DNA of 64,000 nt from a virus (taxonomy: Duplodnaviria; Caudoviricetes): positions 128,001 through 192,000 of IMG/VR virus record IMGVR_UViG_3300021387_001774, one strand, 5' to 3'. Each line of letters begins with the position of its first letter. Within the stretch, counting starts at the first letter, position 1. Shown here piece after piece: positions 58,679 through 64,000 of the stretch. A model generated the notes under the pieces. That model was given only the letters and a program-made list of their open reading frames with translations, made no database searches and had not been told where the DNA came from. The position numbers were made by a program, and so were the translations under genes.

Positions 58679-59611
58679 TTAGAAGTTATTGAAACGTGAT
58701 CCATTGTTCCAACCATCATATCCCTGACCATAATAACCATCGTTAAAACGACTAATGTTACCACGAGACATACCAGTGATATCCTGCATAGCATCGATAA
58801 TTGTACTGAATGAATTTGACTGATTATTTCTCATTCCGTTATTAGAACGAATTGCTTTATTAAATGTATTATTACTAAAATCTGCAACACGAATACAACC
58901 TGTTACAAGATCATATCCTTGCTGAAGTTTTGGATCTGTACTTACAAACTTTCTCACAAGACCACCAAACATTTTCATTGGGAGAATTGATGAGAATCTT
59001 TCCATTACACTATATCTATCATCTGTCATTTTATCGACAAGATATGGAGAGATAGTGCTTGCTATTGTAACAAACATATCTCTCTTAGATGTATCATCAA
59101 CAATAACTTGCTGCTGTCCATTTGCTTGTCTACTGATATTTGAGAAATAATTTCTAAGTACTGTATGAGTTGATGGATATGCTTGGATTACGTTTACTAC
59201 ATTTCTGATATCGCCAAATGTAAATGGTGTCTTCTCTTTGATAGTATCTTGGATCTTACAATTCAAAGCTATTGTATCAAAAGCTTGAACTGCTGGCAAA
59301 ATCACAGATGCTCCAAGTCTGAAGACATCACTTTTCTTACATTTGTATGGAGTTGGATCTTTTCTATGCTTTATTGAATCAACAATCAACGGTATTGAAT
59401 TAATCGCAGCCGTTGATATCAATGAGAAAATGTCAGATTTAATCTTATGTTTTCTCTCTCTTTTCATATTTTCCATTTCTACTTCTTCACTTACGTTAAT
59501 TGAATCAGTATCTTCTGCATCATACACTGTAGCTTTGAAATCACCATTATTCTGATAATTATCATTAGCATAAGCTGCACCATCTTCACCAACAAATTCT
59601 TTAATAGCCAT
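58679..59611 (-). CDS. Hypothetical protein
   Basis: Start moved to ATG 59611 (MAIKEF, AAGGAG SD); Gly/Asn-rich tail. Confidence 0.7.
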   Translation of the reverse strand: MAIKEFVGEDGAAYANDNYQNNGDFKATVYDAEDTDSINVSEEVEMENMKRERKHKIKSDIFSLISTAAINSIPLIVDSIKHRKDPTPYKCKKSDVFRLGASVILPAVQAFDTIALNCKIQDTIKEKTPFTFGDIRNVVNVIQAYPSTHTVLRNYFSNISRQANGQQQVIVDDTSKRDMFVTIASTISPYLVDKMTDDRYSVMERFSSILPMKMFGGLVRKFVSTDPKLQQGYDLVTGCIRVADFSNNTFNKAIRSNNGMRNNQSNSFSTIIDAMQDITGMSRGNISRFNDGYYGQGYDGWNNGSRFNNF

Positions 59612-59660
59612 ATTCTTTGTACTCCTTGTAGAAATAATACGTAATTGAAAAGTTTTTTGT

Positions 59661-60851
59661 TTAAGCGGTCTTCTTTTCTGAAGATACTTTAACAACGGAA
59701 TCCGTCTTAATAGCAGACTTCTTGTTAACACTGTCTACCAAAGCATTACCGTCATACACAGTAACATCTTCCTTCTTTTCAATAATGGCTTCTTCAGGAA
59801 TTTCAAATTCACGATATTCAAAAGTCTTTGTTACGCAACCATTTCCAATAACTGAACCAATTGTAGCACCAAGAGCTGTATCACATATTGTAGAATTAAT
59901 CATGTGGTTAGTAGCAACCTTAGCGATTGTACCATATCCTGCAATAGGATCAACTTCAGCAAAGTCATAACTCTTAGCGAGTTCTTCCTTAAGCTTCTTC
60001 AACTGTTTCTTTTCAGAAATCTTTCTTACTGCCTTAAGACCAAGTTCACCAATACCAGAAAGTACACCAAATGATGTAGCTGCTGCAAGAACCTTATTGT
60101 TACTAATCTTCTCTTCAGCTACCTTGTTGATCAAGAGCTTAACAGCTGCAGGAGCAACAACAGTTGCTACAGTATGCTGTGCAGCAAACTTGAATTTCTC
60201 CTTACGGATCGTTGATCTAATAAGATCAGCTTCGGCAGATGTAATTACATTTGGATCAAACATACTGTTAATCTTCTCATCATTAGTTGAGAAGAACATC
60301 TGACCAAACATATTTGTACCAGCTGCGATAGCTGAACAAGCAATAATACCATTCTTGTTTCCGTACTTCAAAGAAGTTTCCATAGCATCGTTTACAACGA
60401 TCTTAGAAGTATTCTTCAAAGCAAACTTAACTGCTTCAGAAACCTTTGATTTCTTATCGCCAGAAAGATCAATACCTGTACAAGCTTTAACAATCTTGTT
60501 CTTAAATGGCTCATTTGTAAGCATTGTATCAAGTTCTTTACAAGCTGAATCATAAGCTGCTGTTCTAATAGCTGATCTATCAGTTCCAGTTGTACCTTCG
60601 AGACCTACAGGATCTTTTGCTGGTTCAACCGGTTTTGGATTGGTGTGTACAATCTTTCCAACGATTTCTTTGATTCTCATATCGTTATCTTCCTCCTCTG
60701 TGTAGTCCTTTGTTTTTCTAATTGCATTAGAAGCCATAGCTGCGGACAATCTAGCTATGGCCTCACCTTCAAGATTATTTGTGTACTCTTCACCCAATGC
60801 TGCTCTAATGCGTCGTGAAGGATCAAATGCACTTGTGTCGTTGATGGCCAT
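59661..60851 (-). CDS. Hypothetical protein with several Ala/Gly-rich hydrophobic helices
   Basis: 396 aa; AAGGAG SD. Confidence 0.7.
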   Translation of the reverse strand: MAINDTSAFDPSRRIRAALGEEYTNNLEGEAIARLSAAMASNAIRKTKDYTEEEDNDMRIKEIVGKIVHTNPKPVEPAKDPVGLEGTTGTDRSAIRTAAYDSACKELDTMLTNEPFKNKIVKACTGIDLSGDKKSKVSEAVKFALKNTSKIVVNDAMETSLKYGNKNGIIACSAIAAGTNMFGQMFFSTNDEKINSMFDPNVITSAEADLIRSTIRKEKFKFAAQHTVATVVAPAAVKLLINKVAEEKISNNKVLAAATSFGVLSGIGELGLKAVRKISEKKQLKKLKEELAKSYDFAEVDPIAGYGTIAKVATNHMINSTICDTALGATIGSVIGNGCVTKTFEYREFEIPEEAIIEKKEDVTVYDGNALVDSVNKKSAIKTDSVVKVSSEKKTA

Positions 60852-60865
60852 GTTTTATTTCTCCT

Positions 60866-63304
60866 TTAGTGTTGTACTGGATTATTTTTTGCTGCCAATG
60901 AATCAATGATGTAGTTTGCTGCTTCGAACAAGAATAACTTAAACTTAGAATCTCCAGAAGAAGACTCTCTAAGATATTTCTTGTAGTTAAGCTGGGACTG
61001 CTTATAAAGAATTCTTTCACTATCTTCAGAATTTCTATCCTCAAGCATTGTGAGAGAAACCTTAATAATATCATTAATGCTTTCGCTAGATTCAATCATA
61101 TTCAATGCATATGGCATTACATCAAATATAACTGGTTTATTATGTAAGAATTCTTCGAATCCTCTACTTCTTATAAACTGGAAACGTCCTTCTTTAGTAG
61201 ATATATCATAGTTTGACCACAATGATTTATCGTACTTACGCTGAATAGCTATAGGTGAAAGATATCTTCTATCGATACGTCCAACTTCGAAGTCGAATGT
61301 ACCTTCCATCTTTCTACGAGATGGAGGAAGGATAAACATTCCATCCATAACATTTGGATCGATTTTCTGATTGAGAGCTGGTTCAAGTCCATCTCTTTCA
61401 TCAAGCATTGCTACTACAGCTGGTGAAACCAATCCATCTCTATCATATTCAAACGTAATAGAATAAGGTGTTCCTGGTGCATATGTATTCTTATGCTCTT
61501 TAATTATACATGCTATAATTGTTTCCAAACCATCAAGAATAATTATTGGATTACATTCGTTATACTGCAAAATACTATATTCAACATACCTTTCATTTCT
61601 AGGAATAGCTGGATTCCTTAATCTCATATCATTCTTAATAATTCTTGCTGACAATACGAACTGAATATTGTATTCTTCCTGAGACGGAGGCTGATATTGT
61701 CCCAAATCTCTAAAGATCTGATTACGTCTAATAGCTCGCTTATCATTTACTGTTTTCTTATCAAGTACTATAATACCGATTGTCATGTTAGAAGGTTTAG
61801 ACATAGCTAATGGTGAATTGTCTGGCTTCTTTGAATCCATATCACCTTTTTCAAACATGTCGACATATCTTGGTTCTGTTGTATAAGCTACAACATAATT
61901 ACGATTTAACTTTACCTTATATTTCTGCTTATAATACTTGTATCCAATGAGTTTCTTCAAAGATGAAATAACTGATGTTGGTCTAGCTTTTGCATCATCG
62001 AGATAAAGTACACGTAGTTTAATAGTTCTATTATTAAATCCTTTAAATTGGAATGGAACTTTTCTAGAGATTAACATAGGATTCAATCTATACTGATCAG
62101 TATCATCTGTATCGATACAGATTAATCTTATTCCTGTACTATAATCAATAACTGGTATATAAGATGAATCTTCATTAATAGTAATATAAGAAAATATTTT
62201 ACTCATATCTGCGTATCTATCAGATACCATTACTTCTTTATGAATCTTATAGAAAGCCGATTCAAAGAAGTCTCTATCAGATACACGCTTATCATCAAAT
62301 ATTGAACTTTCTTCTTCATCATTAGTAATATTGAAAATTGTTCTATCGATTCTATATTGCTTGTATTTTTCTGCCTGTGATCTATTGTATTCTTGCTGCT
62401 TACGAATATATTCATCCTGAATAATATTCACATTGTTTGGATCTTTTCCATCATCATTTTCTATATGACTTTCAATCAAATGATTTCTTTTTCTTTCTTC
62501 GATTGCATCTGCGAAAAGACCAGCTGTAAGCACATAAAGATCACGCAATGCTAGTTCATTAGCAAAATCGATAGCTAATGAGAATTTACAATAGTTCATT
62601 ATAAATGTATCTGAGAAATCTTTTCTATTATTATCTTTATCAATAAAGTCACTAATATAATTTACAAGATCATCTTCTTTATATCTTGTATAAATATCTT
62701 TTACTGCATCTTTGAAGCGTTTTACCATATCGCTTCTAAAATTGATATCGAGTTCTGTATCTTCTTCTTTAGTTTTTACTAATGCTTCATCAGGAAGTTC
62801 ATTTTCATTCTTTTCTTCTACAACTTCTTCTTTTGATTCTTCGATCTTTTCTTCATCATTATTTTCTGTTTCTTCTACTGTACCTTCTACTGTACCTTCT
62901 GTTTCTTGTACATGAACTTCTTCTGTTTGTTCAGTTTCAACTGGTTCAGGATCACTTATTTCTGCTATTTTATCAGAATTATATTCTGTAAGCAATTTTG
63001 ATCCTTCTTCATTAATTTTTTCTTCTTCTGTAATTTCTTCAGTAGAATCAAATTTTTCTACTTCTGAAACTGTTTCTTCCGCTTCATCATTAGTTTCCTC
63101 ATCACCTTCAATGAGTTCCTTGATTGTAGCATTTTCCATGCCGTAATCGGTATCATCTTCTACTTCATCAGATGTGTTTTCTTCGTCTAATGGTGTAGAG
63201 TCTATTTCGTAATCATCATCGTCTGATTCGAAAATAGTTTTATCGATTTCGCCAGGTCTAATGTTTCTGTAATCAAGATCATCGTCATCGTACCTTTTAG
63301 CCAT
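60866..63304 (-). CDS. Large hypothetical protein with highly acidic N-terminal region
   Basis: 812 aa; ~185-aa D/E-rich N-terminus including a GTVE tandem duplication. Confidence 0.7.
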   Translation of the reverse strand: MAKRYDDDDLDYRNIRPGEIDKTIFESDDDDYEIDSTPLDEENTSDEVEDDTDYGMENATIKELIEGDEETNDEAEETVSEVEKFDSTEEITEEEKINEEGSKLLTEYNSDKIAEISDPEPVETEQTEEVHVQETEGTVEGTVEETENNDEEKIEESKEEVVEEKNENELPDEALVKTKEEDTELDINFRSDMVKRFKDAVKDIYTRYKEDDLVNYISDFIDKDNNRKDFSDTFIMNYCKFSLAIDFANELALRDLYVLTAGLFADAIEERKRNHLIESHIENDDGKDPNNVNIIQDEYIRKQQEYNRSQAEKYKQYRIDRTIFNITNDEEESSIFDDKRVSDRDFFESAFYKIHKEVMVSDRYADMSKIFSYITINEDSSYIPVIDYSTGIRLICIDTDDTDQYRLNPMLISRKVPFQFKGFNNRTIKLRVLYLDDAKARPTSVISSLKKLIGYKYYKQKYKVKLNRNYVVAYTTEPRYVDMFEKGDMDSKKPDNSPLAMSKPSNMTIGIIVLDKKTVNDKRAIRRNQIFRDLGQYQPPSQEEYNIQFVLSARIIKNDMRLRNPAIPRNERYVEYSILQYNECNPIIILDGLETIIACIIKEHKNTYAPGTPYSITFEYDRDGLVSPAVVAMLDERDGLEPALNQKIDPNVMDGMFILPPSRRKMEGTFDFEVGRIDRRYLSPIAIQRKYDKSLWSNYDISTKEGRFQFIRSRGFEEFLHNKPVIFDVMPYALNMIESSESINDIIKVSLTMLEDRNSEDSERILYKQSQLNYKKYLRESSSGDSKFKLFLFEAANYIIDSLAAKNNPVQH

Positions 63305-63351
63305 TTAGATCTCCTTTCTCACATCGATAAAATATATATTTAAAATATTTT

Positions 63352-63744
63352 TTATTTTTGTGCAACAATCTTAGAAATTTTAACAGCTTTATTGTTATCG
63401 ATAGCTCTTCCTGAACCAAAAGCTTTAACAAAATCGTCACCCATAATAGCTGCAAGTTCAGTAGCCTGAGCATTATCCATAGGTGATTTATCAGTATTTA
63501 ACTTACCATCAATTTCCAAACCATTTTCATCCACAGTTACTGAACCACGAGGAATTCTAGCACCTCTAAGGAATTCATTAGTAAACTTCTTCTTTTGTTC
63601 AGTTTTTTCAAACACCAAATTATCTGCAGGTACTGGTTTTCCATCTGCATCATAAAGTGCCCCATCATCATTAAAAGTATCTGGTGATGCTGGTAGAGGT
63701 TCAACTGACTGATACTCAAGGCCTTCTGTTTCATTTTCTGCCAT
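63352..63744 (-). CDS. Hypothetical protein
   Basis: 130 aa; AAGGAG SD. Confidence 0.65.
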   Translation of the reverse strand: MAENETEGLEYQSVEPLPASPDTFNDDGALYDADGKPVPADNLVFEKTEQKKKFTNEFLRGARIPRGSVTVDENGLEIDGKLNTDKSPMDNAQATELAAIMGDDFVKAFGSGRAIDNNKAVKISKIVAQK

Positions 63745-63846
63745 GATATTACTCCTTATATAAGTTCTAAATTATATATCAATATTTTGGTATTTTTAAT
63801 ATTTTAATGCAAAAAACATTAAAATATAGCGTAAAAGGATGATTTT

Positions 63847-64000
63847 ATGAGTAAAAACTTTGATTTTTTTGATTTTTTCCCAGGGTTGAATCAGAGTAAG
63901 GAAGTTTATTTTGGTTCATCTGCTCCCCTAGCACAACACCTAAATTTGTATTCTTCTCAGCTTAAAACTCTTTTTAGTAAGGTTAAAACAATAAAACAAA
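63847..64000 (+). CDS. 5' part of a CDS running off the window
   Basis: AAGGA SD; MSKNFDFFDFFPGLNQSKEVYFG..., open to the window end. Confidence 0.55.
   Translation, partial: MSKNFDFFDFFPGLNQSKEVYFGSSAPLAQHLNLYSSQLKTLFSKVKTIKQ

Noticed and set aside
63814-63826. AR9-like late promoter ACA-N6-TA (also seen before the 3654 and 53565 starts)
   Set aside because: Suggestive, but only five fixed bases in very AT-rich DNA; cannot be distinguished from chance without TSS data
1-64000. Alternative genetic code (stop-codon reassignment)
   Set aside because: Conserved genes are full length in the standard code, and TAA, TAG and TGA all terminate genes

Overview
AT-rich, gene-dense segment (GC roughly 27% by eye), with almost all genes on the minus strand. 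It reads as part of a phiKZ/AR9(PBS1)-type jumbo phage genome, not a bacterial chromosome. Recognisable genes: three pieces of a split multisubunit (non-virion-type) RNA polymerase (beta N-half, beta C-half, beta' N-half with NADFDGD), a divergent family-B DNA polymerase, GyrA-type topoisomerase subunit, RecA/UvsX, SbcC/Rad50 ATPase, NAD-dependent DNA ligase, RNase H, tubulin/FtsZ-family GTPase, GroEL-like chaperonin, HU-like protein, tRNA-Arg(TCT) and several large probable virion proteins. A TATATATTAT promoter motif and strong hairpin terminators structure the window. Best unexplained signals: (1) a duplicated ~370-440 bp self-insulated cassette (3700-4063 and 45136-45573) with a conserved structured leader, a perfect SD, homologous 43/55-aa peptides missed by the ORF track, a convergent antisense promoter and dual terminators, resembling a cis-antisense (type I TA-like) module; (2) a candidate -1 programmed frameshift at a T8 run (22114-22121) fusing a ~695-aa ORF to a downstream frame, as in tail-assembly chaperones; (3) an array of terminator-promoter single-gene cassettes at 8.1-12.7 kb. 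All family assignments come from motif recognition by eye, without database searches.
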